From NCBI GenBank assembly GCA_944340905.1, contig CALVLT010000008.1, positions 2,173 to 66,172 of the forward strand: a stretch of DNA of 64,000 nt, given 5' to 3'. The notes under the pieces are model-generated. The model was not told the DNA's origin. It made no database searches and saw only the letters and a program-made list of their open reading frames with translations. Positions 17,860 through 26,095 of the stretch are shown here, in pieces (positions within the stretch are counted from its first letter, which is position 1; every line of letters starts with the position of its first letter). Source of the stretch: an uncultured Clostridia bacterium (GTDB lineage Bacteria; Bacillota; Clostridia; Christensenellales; Borkfalkiaceae). The position numbers and the translations under genes are program-made.

Positions 17860-19188
17860 ATGATTCACACAAGAGATACTCTGAAGATCAACGAAAAGGG
17901 ACACCTGGAGATCGGCGGTGCGGACTGCGTCGAGCTTGCCGCGCAATTTTCCACGCCGCTCTACGTCTTTGACGAGGCATATATCCGCCGCATGATGCGC
18001 GTGTATCAGGATACAATACAGGCGGAGTACGACGGCCACGGACTTGTGCTGTATGCGTCCAAGGCGTTTTCCTGCGAGGCGATCTACGCCATCGCAAAGC
18101 AGGAGGGCATCGGCGTGGACGTCGTATCGGGTGGAGAACTCTACACGGCGCTGCGTGCGGGATTCCCTGCGCAGAAGATGACCATGCACGGCAACAACAA
18201 ACTCCCGCATGAGATCGCGGAAGCGCTCGACGCAAAAGTCGGCATGATCGTGGTCGATTCCTTTTCGGAGGCCGACCTCATCGAGGAGGAGGCGGCAAAG
18301 CGCGGACGGGTACAGGACGTGCTCATCCGCATCAATCCGGGCGTGGAGGCGCACACGCACGCCTATGTGCAGACGGCAACGCCCGATTCCAAGTTCGGGT
18401 TCTCGGTGGCAAACGGCGCGGCGGAGGAAATGACCGCCCACGTGCTCGCCAAGCCCCACTTAAAGCTGCACGGGTATCACTGCCATATCGGTTCGCAAAT
18501 TTTTGAAAAGCAGTCCTTTGTGCTCGCGGTTCAAAAGAATCTTGCCTTTATGGCCGAGATGAAGAAAAAGCTCGGGTTCGAGGCGGATGCGCTGAACATG
18601 GGGGGCGGGTTCGGCATCTGGTATGCCGAGGGCGATGCGATGATCGATGTCGACGGCTATGCCGGCTATCTGCGCGCGCTGCTCACCACCATCAAAGACG
18701 GGTGCAGGGAGCTGGGTCTGCGCCGCCCGTTCGTCTATCTGGAGCCCGGCCGCTCCATCGTCGGCGAGGCGGGCATCACGCTCTACACCGTGGGGGCGAT
18801 CAAGGAGATTCCGGGCATCCGCAAATATGTCGCGGTGGACGGGGGAATGTTCGATAATCCCCGCTATGCGCTCTATCAGAGCAAATACACCGCCGTGCTC
18901 GCCAACCGCGCGGCGGAGGAACCCTGTGAACTTGTGTCCATTGCGGGCAAGTGCTGCGAGAGCGGCGACCTGATCGGGGTGGATTTCAACCTGCCGAAGG
19001 CGCGCACGGGCGACCTGATTGCCGTCCTTTCGACGGGCGCCTACAACTATTCGATGGCGTCCAATTACAACCGCAACTTCATTCCCGCAGCCGTGCTCGT
19101 CAAAGACGGCAAGGCGGATTATATCGTGAAACGTCAGACCTACGAAGACCTGGTGCGCAACGACGTCATCCCCGATCGGCTGAAATAA
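17860..19188 (+). CDS. lysA: diaminopimelate decarboxylase
   Basis: Internal ATG of ORF 17776..19188 gives MIHTRDTLKINEKGHLEIGG.. PLP-fold motifs are present (YASKAF, GGGFGI, CESGD). The upstream 28 codons are hydrophobic and overlap the promoter. Confidence 0.9.
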   Translation: MIHTRDTLKINEKGHLEIGGADCVELAAQFSTPLYVFDEAYIRRMMRVYQDTIQAEYDGHGLVLYASKAFSCEAIYAIAKQEGIGVDVVSGGELYTALRAGFPAQKMTMHGNNKLPHEIAEALDAKVGMIVVDSFSEADLIEEEAAKRGRVQDVLIRINPGVEAHTHAYVQTATPDSKFGFSVANGAAEEMTAHVLAKPHLKLHGYHCHIGSQIFEKQSFVLAVQKNLAFMAEMKKKLGFEADALNMGGGFGIWYAEGDAMIDVDGYAGYLRALLTTIKDGCRELGLRRPFVYLEPGRSIVGEAGITLYTVGAIKEIPGIRKYVAVDGGMFDNPRYALYQSKYTAVLANRAAEEPCELVSIAGKCCESGDLIGVDFNLPKARTGDLIAVLSTGAYNYSMASNYNRNFIPAAVLVKDGKADYIVKRQTYEDLVRNDVIPDRLK

Positions 19189-19202
19189 GACGTGCCAAAA
19201 CC

Positions 19203-19231
19203 TTGCTATTTTTTCGCATATCCGCTATAAT
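19203..19231 (+). promoter_or_regulatory. sigma-A-type promoter close to the M50 protease start
   Basis: TTGCTA-N17-TATAAT. The -10 box ends 9 nt before ATG 19241, with no SD. Confidence 0.45.
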
Positions 19232-19240
19232 ATAGAGAAC

Positions 19241-19927
19241 ATGGCAAATTATCTCGTCGAACTTCTTGCGAGTTTTTGTGCGGTCATCATTGTGCTGACG
19301 CTGCATGAATTCGCGCATGCATATGTGGCATACAAATGCGGCGACCCGACCCCCAAGTGGAACGGCAGGCTCTCGCTCAATCCGCTGCGCCATTACGATC
19401 TGGTGGGGCTGCTGTGCTTTACGTTTGTCGGATTCGGCTGGGCGAAACCCGTTGCCATCAACCCCGAAAATTTCCGCAAGTACCGCCTCGGGCTGGGGCT
19501 GACGGCGTGCGCAGGCATTGTCATGAACTATCTGACGGCGCTGATCATCTATCCGCTCTATCTCGTTGTTCTCTGTTATATGCCGTCCGCGCCCTTTGTC
19601 ACGCTGCTGCTGGAGTATTTCTTTTACTACGTCTTTGCCTACAGCCTCAGCTTTTTCGTGTTCAACCTGCTGCCGCTCTATCCGCTGGACGGGTTCCGCA
19701 TCCTCGATGCCGTCAACAAGAGGCGGGGGCGGGTGTTCCGTTTTCTGCGCAACAACGGGCAGTACATCCTGTTTGCGCTCATCCTCGAGAGTTTTGTCTG
19801 TCAGCTCTGTGTGCGGTTCGGCATCTGGCAGATGGACTGGTTCAACATCCTCGGCTGGTTCATGCAGTTTGCAACGGGCATTCTCGGCTGGCCCATCACC
19901 GCGCTTTGGGGGCTCATACCATGGTAG
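19241..19927 (+). CDS. site-2 protease family (M50) zinc metalloprotease
   Basis: HEFAHAY (HExxH) in the first TM region, NLLPLYPLDG motif, polytopic. Confidence 0.75.
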   Translation: MANYLVELLASFCAVIIVLTLHEFAHAYVAYKCGDPTPKWNGRLSLNPLRHYDLVGLLCFTFVGFGWAKPVAINPENFRKYRLGLGLTACAGIVMNYLTALIIYPLYLVVLCYMPSAPFVTLLLEYFFYYVFAYSLSFFVFNLLPLYPLDGFRILDAVNKRRGRVFRFLRNNGQYILFALILESFVCQLCVRFGIWQMDWFNILGWFMQFATGILGWPITALWGLIPW

Positions 19928-20739
19928 ATCAGGAAAAAATCCGCTCCATAAGCGAGAAATTCGAGTCCAATGTCGATTACACGACGGTGCTGGACAACTT
20001 TGAAGGCCCGCTCGATCTGCTGCTCTTTCTCATCAACAAGGAGGAGATCGAGATCAAGGATGTATTTGTCTCACAGGTCACGGAACAGTTTCTCGACTAC
20101 ATGAAGGGACTGCCATACCTTGACGTCGATAAAGTGAGCGATTATCTCAACATTGCGGCGACGATCATCAAGATCAAGGCGCAAGCACTTGTGCCCAATC
20201 TGGAAGAGGATCCCGCGCTGGATGCCGAGATCGAAGAGGACAAGGCGCAGCTCATCCGTGCGCTCGAGGAATACAAGCTCATCAAGGAAGAGACGAAAAA
20301 GCTCAAGGAACTGGAGACCATCGGCTACTACTTCAAGGAACCGGACAAGGACGTCGGCGAAACGCGCACCGTGTTCACCTTGGACAATCTCACGTTGGAC
20401 GGGCTGATCAGCGCCTTTTCGCAGCTGCTCTTAAAGCGGGAGGATGAGTTGAAGGAGGAGGAAGTGCGCGAGATCCCGCGCGATTCCTTCACCGTCGAAC
20501 AAAAGATACAGTTCGTTCTGGAGAGCCTTGAAGAACAGAAGGAAGTGCGCTTTGAAGAGCTGTTCACGAGGGACTTCACAAAATCGGAGATCGTGACGAC
20601 CTTTCAGGCGATCCTCGAGCTTTTGAAATATCAGTTCCTGCACGTCAGGCAGGACAGCACGTTCGGCGAGATCACGATCTCGCTCAACCCCGACAGGGAC
20701 GAGGAGGCAGGACTTGGAACCATTGACGAATACGATTGA
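19921..20739 (+). CDS. scpA: segregation and condensation protein A
   Basis: In-frame ATG 19921 of ORF 19336..20739. NFEGPLDLLLFLINKEEIEIKDV is the ScpA signature. Confidence 0.9.
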   Translation: MVDQEKIRSISEKFESNVDYTTVLDNFEGPLDLLLFLINKEEIEIKDVFVSQVTEQFLDYMKGLPYLDVDKVSDYLNIAATIIKIKAQALVPNLEEDPALDAEIEEDKAQLIRALEEYKLIKEETKKLKELETIGYYFKEPDKDVGETRTVFTLDNLTLDGLISAFSQLLLKREDELKEEEVREIPRDSFTVEQKIQFVLESLEEQKEVRFEELFTRDFTKSEIVTTFQAILELLKYQFLHVRQDSTFGEITISLNPDRDEEAGLGTIDEYD

Positions 20740-21415
20740 GGCGATCCTGTTTGCCTCCGGAAAGGGGGTCGCGATTGCGGACATTGCGGAAAAACTCAAC
20801 GTCACGGAGACGGAAGTCAAAAAATCGCTCAAGGAGCTGCGCGAGCACTACGGCGAGGACGGCGGCATCGTCCTTCTGGAATTCAACAAAAAGGCGCAGC
20901 TCGGCTCCAATCCCAAGTACAAGGAGGGGGTCGCGGCGGTGCTCAATCCCATCCGCGAAAAGGAACTCACGCGCACCATTCTCGAGACGGCGGCGATCAT
21001 CGCCTACAAACAGCCCATCACGCGCACGGAGATCGAACTCCTGCGCGGACTGAACAGCGACTATGCCGTCAATGCGCTGCTGGAACTCAAACTCATCTAC
21101 CCGTGCGGGAGAAAGGACGCCGTCGGCCGCCCCGTTCTGTTTGCAACGACGGACGAGTTCCTCAAACGCTTCAAGCTCCATTCGCTGGAGGACCTGCCCG
21201 ACTATGAGACCCTGATGGCGGCGATCACCCGCCCCGACGACGACCGCGATACATATCTCTATGCCCGCGAGGAACTTCCCGAGGAGGAGAACGCCAAACC
21301 TGCACCGTCCAAGGGCGCTCCTGCGCCGCAGGAGGCGCCTGCCGAAGAGGGGGGCTACGAAATCCCCGACTTCCTGAAGGGACTGGACGACGCCGACATC
21401 GTCAAGATCGACTGA
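20714..21415 (+). CDS. scpB: segregation and condensation protein B
   Basis: TTG start with a GAGGAGG SD. IEAILFASGKGV.. and GRPVLFATTDEFL are ScpB-like, followed by an acidic/proline-rich tail. Confidence 0.9.
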   Translation: MEPLTNTIEAILFASGKGVAIADIAEKLNVTETEVKKSLKELREHYGEDGGIVLLEFNKKAQLGSNPKYKEGVAAVLNPIREKELTRTILETAAIIAYKQPITRTEIELLRGLNSDYAVNALLELKLIYPCGRKDAVGRPVLFATTDEFLKRFKLHSLEDLPDYETLMAAITRPDDDRDTYLYAREELPEEENAKPAPSKGAPAPQEAPAEEGGYEIPDFLKGLDDADIVKID

Positions 21416-21420
21416 AATTT

Positions 21421-21447
21421 CATACTTTTCGGAAATTCGCCCATAAT
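21421..21447 (+). promoter_or_regulatory. sporulation-type (sigma-E/K-like) promoter candidate abutting the ytfI-like start
   Basis: CATACTT-N14-CATAAT. The -10 box ends 6 nt before ATG 21454. Confidence 0.3.
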
Positions 21448-21453
21448 ACGGTC

Positions 21454-22047
21454 ATGGGCGAATTTTTTGTATATTCGTTCTTCTTCGGAGCGCTGCTGCT
21501 GGTATTTCCCGTCTTCGTCAATGCGGACGTCTACCTCGACGCACGGGAGAACCGCGGCTGGTTCTCCCTTTCGCTCTATCACCGGCTGCGCCTGTTCGGC
21601 GGATATGCCGAACTGCGGGCAGAGGGGTTCGTCTTTCACCTGACGCGGAAAAAGGCGATCGTCCTGCCCTACGCCGAGCTGTCGAACGCGCGGAAAAAAT
21701 TTGAAGTGACGAAAGGGTTTCAGCTCTCCCGCTTTCATCAGGTGCTCGAAGTGGGCGGCGCGCAGGACACGCGCAGCATTCTGTTTGCCGCGGCGCTCTC
21801 TGCGGCGGGCGGAACGGCGTATTCGCTGCTGCGGGAACAGAATGCGGCGCTCTCCTTCCGCAGCAGGGCGATCTTTCACAATGAGCCGTGCCTGAAGGGG
21901 AGCGTGCGGGTGACGGCGGTCATGAACGGCCTTGTGCTGACGGCTGCGCTCACAAAAAAGGGAATGGAGGGATTTTTGAAATGGATGAAAAAAAGAAGAT
22001 CGACAGTATCCTTGAAAAGACTGCGGAAAAACTTACGGGCCTCGTAG
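21454..22047 (+). CDS. YtfI-like (DUF2953) sporulation-associated protein
   Basis: 197 aa with an N-terminal TM helix. It lies immediately upstream of and overlapping gerW/ytfJ, as in the B. subtilis ytfI-ytfJ pair. Confidence 0.5.
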   Translation: MGEFFVYSFFFGALLLVFPVFVNADVYLDARENRGWFSLSLYHRLRLFGGYAELRAEGFVFHLTRKKAIVLPYAELSNARKKFEVTKGFQLSRFHQVLEVGGAQDTRSILFAAALSAAGGTAYSLLREQNAALSFRSRAIFHNEPCLKGSVRVTAVMNGLVLTAALTKKGMEGFLKWMKKRRSTVSLKRLRKNLRAS

Positions 22048-22358
22048 ACGTCAACACCGTCATCGGCAAACCCGTTCTGACGGCGAGCGGGGCACAGGTC
22101 ATCCCGCTCACCAAGGTGACGATGGGGTACCTCTCGGGCGGGGGAGAGTACGGCGACGTCAAGAAAATCGACGACGGGGAATGCCTGCCGTTTGCGGGCG
22201 GCGCGGGAACGGTCATCAATGTCAAGCCGGCGGGCTTTCTTATCGACGACGGCAAGCACTGCCGCATCGTGCGCATCACGGACGATGCCCTGGACGGGCT
22301 GATCGAGAAGGCGGGCGATCTGCTCGGCAAGCTCGTGGGAAAGGGGGAAGATGCGTAA
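21981..22358 (+). CDS. gerW: GerW/YtfJ-family sporulation protein
   Basis: Internal ATG 21981 with a GGAGGG SD. ..VIGKPVLTASGAQVIPLTKVTMGYLSGGGEYG.. is typical of YtfJ/GerW. Confidence 0.75.
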   Translation: MDEKKKIDSILEKTAEKLTGLVDVNTVIGKPVLTASGAQVIPLTKVTMGYLSGGGEYGDVKKIDDGECLPFAGGAGTVINVKPAGFLIDDGKHCRIVRITDDALDGLIEKAGDLLGKLVGKGEDA

Positions 22359-23361
22359 AAAACGGCTGCCCGTCCTGCTTTTGACGGCGATCCTGCCCGT
22401 CCTGCTCCTTCTCGGCGGCATCGCCATGCCCGCGGCTGCCCAGCCGTATGCGCGGGCGGAATGCGTGTTGGAGGTCTCCTCGCGGCGCATTCTGCATGAA
22501 AAAAATGCGCAGACGCCGCTCCCCAACGCGAGCACGACGAAGATCCTGACCGCCATCCTCGTCATCGAAGACTGCGACCTGCAGGAGGTGATCGAGGTTC
22601 CGCAAGAGGCCGCGGGGACGGAGGGTTCCAGCATCTACCTGAAGGCGGGTGAGCGCTATACGGTGGAAGAGTTGCTCTACGGCATGATGCTGCGTTCGGG
22701 CAACGACGCCGCCGTGACGCTTGCCCTGCACCACAGCGGGAGCATTGCGGCGTTCGCGCAGGCGATGAACGAGAAAGCCGCCATGCTCGGGGCGACGGAC
22801 AGCCACTTCATAAACCCACACGGACTTCCGGACAAGCGGCACAGGACGACCGCGCGCGACCTTGCCCTGATCGCGGCGTATGCGATGGAGAACGAGACGT
22901 TCAGGACGATCGTCTCCACGCAGTACTACGCCCCGCGCGCATGGCACAACAAGAACAAGATGCTTTCGGAATACGAGGGCGCGAACGGCGTCAAGACGGG
23001 GTTTACGGCAGATGCGGGGCGCTGCCTGGTGACGAGCGCGCAGCGCGGCGGCATGACGCTGGTCAGCGTCGTGCTCAATGCACCGCAAATGTACGAGCGC
23101 ACGACGCAGCTGCTCGACGAGGCATTTCTTGCCTATCACATGACGCCGCTCACGGACTTTGCGCTGCTGCCCGCAGGCGTCGGGGTGCGCGAGGCATTTT
23201 GTTACCCCCTGAAGAAGGAAGAATTCGCACAGGTACGCACGGAACTGCACATGGAAGAACCGCTCCCCGAAAAAAGGGGCGCGGTCGCCGGATGTGTTGA
23301 AATATTTCTTGCAAATAACTTGATTTTTTCACAGAATTTGTATATCATGGAAGAAGAATAA
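22351..23361 (+). CDS. D-alanyl-D-alanine carboxypeptidase (second PBP5-type paralogue)
   Basis: Signal peptide plus STTK, SGND and KTGFT motifs. Confidence 0.85.
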   Translation: MRKKRLPVLLLTAILPVLLLLGGIAMPAAAQPYARAECVLEVSSRRILHEKNAQTPLPNASTTKILTAILVIEDCDLQEVIEVPQEAAGTEGSSIYLKAGERYTVEELLYGMMLRSGNDAAVTLALHHSGSIAAFAQAMNEKAAMLGATDSHFINPHGLPDKRHRTTARDLALIAAYAMENETFRTIVSTQYYAPRAWHNKNKMLSEYEGANGVKTGFTADAGRCLVTSAQRGGMTLVSVVLNAPQMYERTTQLLDEAFLAYHMTPLTDFALLPAGVGVREAFCYPLKKEEFAQVRTELHMEEPLPEKRGAVAGCVEIFLANNLIFSQNLYIMEEE

Positions 23362-23378
23362 CCAATCGGAAGGCTTTC

Positions 23379-24083
23379 ATGCGTATCAACAAATTTCTTG
23401 CAGAACAGGGGATCGCCTCCCGCCGTTCCAGCGACGAACTTGTCGCCGCGGGCAGGGTGACGATCAACGGAAAGGTGGCGAAGGCGGGGGACGACGTTGC
23501 GGACGACGACGTCGTCATGTTCGACGGAAAAACGCTTTCCCACAAGGTCAAATACGAGTACTATCTTCTCAACAAGCCGAAGGGCTATCTGTGTACGGTT
23601 TCCGACGACAAGGGCAGAAAGACGGTCATGGACCTGCTGCCGGCGGGCGCGGGGAGAGTGTTCCCCGTCGGGCGGCTGGATTACGACACCGAGGGAATGC
23701 TCCTGCTGACCAACGACGGCGATCTTGCCTATCGCCTCACCGCGCCGCAGAGCGAGATCGCCAAGACCTATCTCGTGCGCGTCGAGGGAACGATGACGGA
23801 TATCCAGCTCAACCGTCTGCGCGCGGGCGTGGAGATCGACCGCGGGGTCGTCACGCGCAAGTGCAGGGTGACGGTCACGGAGACCAACAAAAAGTTTACC
23901 AAGCTGCGCGTCGTGCTGACGGAGGGGAAAAACCGCGAGATCCGCAAGATGTTCGAGGCGGTCGGCAAGCAGGTCGTCTTTCTGAAACGGCTGAAGATCG
24001 GGGAGCTGACCCTGACGGGCCTTGACCGCGGCGCCGTGCGCAAACTGACGCCCGAGGAAATATACTATCTGAAAAACCTGTAA
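23379..24083 (+). CDS. rluB: RsuA/RluB-family pseudouridine synthase
   Basis: N-terminal S4 domain (MRINKFLAEQGIASRR) and the catalytic GRLDYDTEG motif. Confidence 0.85.
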   Translation: MRINKFLAEQGIASRRSSDELVAAGRVTINGKVAKAGDDVADDDVVMFDGKTLSHKVKYEYYLLNKPKGYLCTVSDDKGRKTVMDLLPAGAGRVFPVGRLDYDTEGMLLLTNDGDLAYRLTAPQSEIAKTYLVRVEGTMTDIQLNRLRAGVEIDRGVVTRKCRVTVTETNKKFTKLRVVLTEGKNREIRKMFEAVGKQVVFLKRLKIGELTLTGLDRGAVRKLTPEEIYYLKNL

Positions 24084-24116
24084 CAGACATTACGGAGCAG
24101 ATACATTGCAAAAAAT

Positions 24117-24146
24117 AAGAGAGAAGGGAAAAACTTCTCTCTTTTT
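24117..24146. terminator. bidirectional terminator at the convergence point
   Basis: AAGAGAGAAG-ggaaaaa-CTTCTCTCTT flanked by an A-run and a T-run. It lies between the rluB stop (+) and the stop of the 24165..24479 (-) gene. Confidence 0.7.
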
Positions 24147-24164
24147 GATTGCCGTTGTGATCGG

Positions 24165-24479
24165 TCACTCTGCGTCCGCATCCAACGTTTCCAGCAGAAA
24201 ACTGACCGGACGAAACCCGTCGTTGCAGGAGATCATCGCCGACCGCTTGTTCTTCATCCAACCGTCATAGAGGTCCTCGCCACCGTGAGAGAGCGCCATG
24301 ACAAAGGGGGATATGCTTTCCCATGCGCTTTCGCAGAAATCCTGCGGCCGTTTCCAGCCGTTTGCAATAAAGATTTGTCCTTCCCGCATGTCACAGGCAT
24401 GCAGGATCGGATTTTCATACCGTTCGATCAGGTCGGTATAGCATGCCCGTCTCATGACGGTGATCCTGACTTTTTTCAT
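24165..24479 (-). CDS. small conserved protein resembling the TIGR04076 family
   Basis: 104 aa. The pattern MKKVRITV..C..EGQIF....P..FC..AW..I...V.AL.HGG......W......ISCNDG.RPV.F matches my recollection of TIGR04076 proteins. Confidence 0.5.
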   Translation of the reverse strand: MKKVRITVMRRACYTDLIERYENPILHACDMREGQIFIANGWKRPQDFCESAWESISPFVMALSHGGEDLYDGWMKNKRSAMISCNDGFRPVSFLLETLDADAE

Positions 24480-24558
24480 GAGCCCTCCGCGAAATGATCG
24501 GCCCGCAACATCGGAACAAAAGTCCCCGCCGGAACTGCGGTTCTGCGGGGAACTTCAT

Positions 24559-25158
24559 TCAACGGAAGGAGCGCAAAAGTCCTATGACCTTGCCGAGGAT
24601 GCGCACATCGTCGAGCACATAATCGGAGAGCGCGCTGTTTTCTGGGTGCAGAACGATCTTCCCGTTCCTGCGGTAAAATCGCTTGACGGTGGCGCCCTCC
24701 TCGATGCCGTCATCGAACATCGCCACGACGATATCGTCATTGTCGGCGGTCTCCTGCTTTCTGACGACGATCTTGTCGCCGTCAAAGATGCCCGCCTCGA
24801 TCATGCTGTCACCCTTGACGGTGAGCAGAAAGAGATCATCGCCCGAAAATTCCGCCGTGGGGAGGGTGTAGTAGCCCTCATAATTTTCCGTGGCAAGGAT
24901 GGGGGTACCTGCCGTGACGGTACCCACGAGGGGCACGCGCACTGTGCCCGTATTGGCAAGCGCAACGGCACGCTTTTTCCCCGCCGTCTTCTGCAACAGA
25001 CCCATCTCTTTGAGGCGGTTGACATAATCATACGCCGTTGCGGTCGATTTGATATGCAGTTCGGCGCAGATATCGCGCACGGTGGGCGGAAAGCCGTTTT
25101 CGTCGGTATATCGGTCAATAAAGGCAAGCACGACGTCCAGTTTGCGTTTGTCCAACAT
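24559..25158 (-). CDS. lexA: LexA SOS repressor
   Basis: N-terminal winged HTH (PPTVRDICAEL..) and a C-terminal S24 peptidase domain with GDSM (Ser) and VVRK (Lys). Confidence 0.95.
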   Translation of the reverse strand: MLDKRKLDVVLAFIDRYTDENGFPPTVRDICAELHIKSTATAYDYVNRLKEMGLLQKTAGKKRAVALANTGTVRVPLVGTVTAGTPILATENYEGYYTLPTAEFSGDDLFLLTVKGDSMIEAGIFDGDKIVVRKQETADNDDIVVAMFDDGIEEGATVKRFYRRNGKIVLHPENSALSDYVLDDVRILGKVIGLLRSFR

Positions 25159-25181
25159 GTCTCATCTCTCCTTATACGGAC

Positions 25182-25210
25182 ATTATAGCATACTTTCCGC
25201 CAGATTGCAA
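25182..25210 (-). promoter_or_regulatory. lexA promoter
   Basis: On the - strand: TTGCAA-N17-TGcTATAAT, followed by an AAGGAG SD and ATG 25158. Confidence 0.55.
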
Positions 25211-25220
25211 ACATTTGTTC
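25209..25220. promoter_or_regulatory. LexA (Cheo-type) SOS box
   Basis: - strand aGAACAAATGTTTGc compared with the Gram-positive consensus CGAAC-N4-GTTCG. It overlaps the -35 of the lexA promoter. Confidence 0.6.
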
Positions 25221-25251
25221 TAAATAATTTGCAAAATTTTTCCGCAAACGC

Positions 25252-25280
25252 TTGCTTTTTTGCGGCAGAAGGGCTATACT
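25252..25280 (+). promoter_or_regulatory. promoter of the lexA-divergent small ORF
   Basis: TTGCTT-N17-TATACT. The -10 box ends 7 nt before ATG 25288. Confidence 0.4.
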
Positions 25281-25287
25281 TTACGGC

Positions 25288-25494
25288 ATGGAAAGAAAGA
25301 TGTGTATTCTGGACGAAGAAAAGGAGTGCGACGGCTGCCTGGAGTGCGAAGTATGCGACCTGGACCCGAATAAAATCTGTGACAACTGCGGAAAGTGCCT
25401 GGAGATCAGGGAATACGCCGCAATCCGCATTGATAAATTGTATACCGATCCGGCAGAGTACGAACGGGAGGAACAAAAAAAGGGGACGCGCTGA
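25288..25494 (+). CDS. small cysteine-rich protein (8 Cys), unknown function, divergent from lexA
   Basis: 68 aa from ATG 25288 (MERKMCILDEEKECDGCLECEVCDLDPNKICDNCGKC..). Cys spacing is C-x7-C-x2-C-x2-C-x2-C-x8-C-x2-C-x2-C. It has its own promoter and terminator. Confidence 0.5.
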   Translation: MERKMCILDEEKECDGCLECEVCDLDPNKICDNCGKCLEIREYAAIRIDKLYTDPAEYEREEQKKGTR

Positions 25495-25508
25495 GCGTTC
25501 CCTTTTTT
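25482..25508. terminator. terminator after the Cys-rich ORF
   Basis: GGGGACGC-gctga-GCGTTCCC followed by T6, with an A-run upstream so it may act bidirectionally. Confidence 0.65.
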
Positions 25509-26030
25509 GCGGTGCATATGAATTTCTGAGCCGGTTTTTGCGTAAGCGGCAACAATGGGGGCGAGCTGTTTTTTCTCGCATCCGGATGTATTGACGCAGA
25601 GATAATAGCTTTTCTTTTTGCTCCACTTGAATGAAGGAAACCTCCTTCCGCAGCCGACGCAGACGGAAGGCAGTTTTTCTGCGGGCAGAACTTTCAGTCG
25701 CGCAAGTCGCGCTGGATCTGCACGAAGTCCCAATCATTCTTTTTGAGCAGTTCGCGCAGGCAGTCGGGCGTGCCGTGGAAAGAGAAGTCGAAAACTTTCG
25801 CGCGGGTATTTCTTCAGTGCCTGTCCGAGGATGGTCTCCGACATCCCGCCGTGATAGATATAGGCGGTGTCGTAGTAGTTCACGCCGTTTTCCATGCAGA
25901 AATCGATCATCTCCTGCGCTTTTGCAATATCCACGGGCTTGCCGAATCCCGGCTCCGTCTGCGGCAGGCGCATTGCGCCCATGCCGAGCTTTGAAAGTTT
26001 CAGCCCCTTTTGAAAGAGATAATATTTCAT
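25500..26030 (-). pseudogene. decayed aldo/keto reductase (COG1453-type, with Fe-S tail) remnant
   Basis: The N-terminal ~80 aa are intact (MKYYLFQKGLKLSKLGMGAMRLP..YYDTAYIYHGG.SE..LG.ALKKYPRESF). A frameshift then gives ..DFVQIQ.. in another frame followed by a stop. A CVGCGR.. Fe-S-like fragment lies in a third frame. About 530 bp remain, versus an expected ~1.1 kb. Confidence 0.6.
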
Positions 26031-26095
26031 TTGTTCCCGCGCCCATATTTTTCTTAATCATAGCAAAACAGAATCGGAATTTTTCTGAGCGTTTG

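Noticed and set aside
24061-24093. TATACTATCTG-aaaaacctgtaa-CAGACATTAC at the rluB stop, which looks like a motif copy split by 12 nt.
   Set aside because: Each arm matches at only ~7 nt and requires an arbitrary insertion. The left part is ordinary coding sequence (IYYLKNL*). It is not distinguishable from chance.
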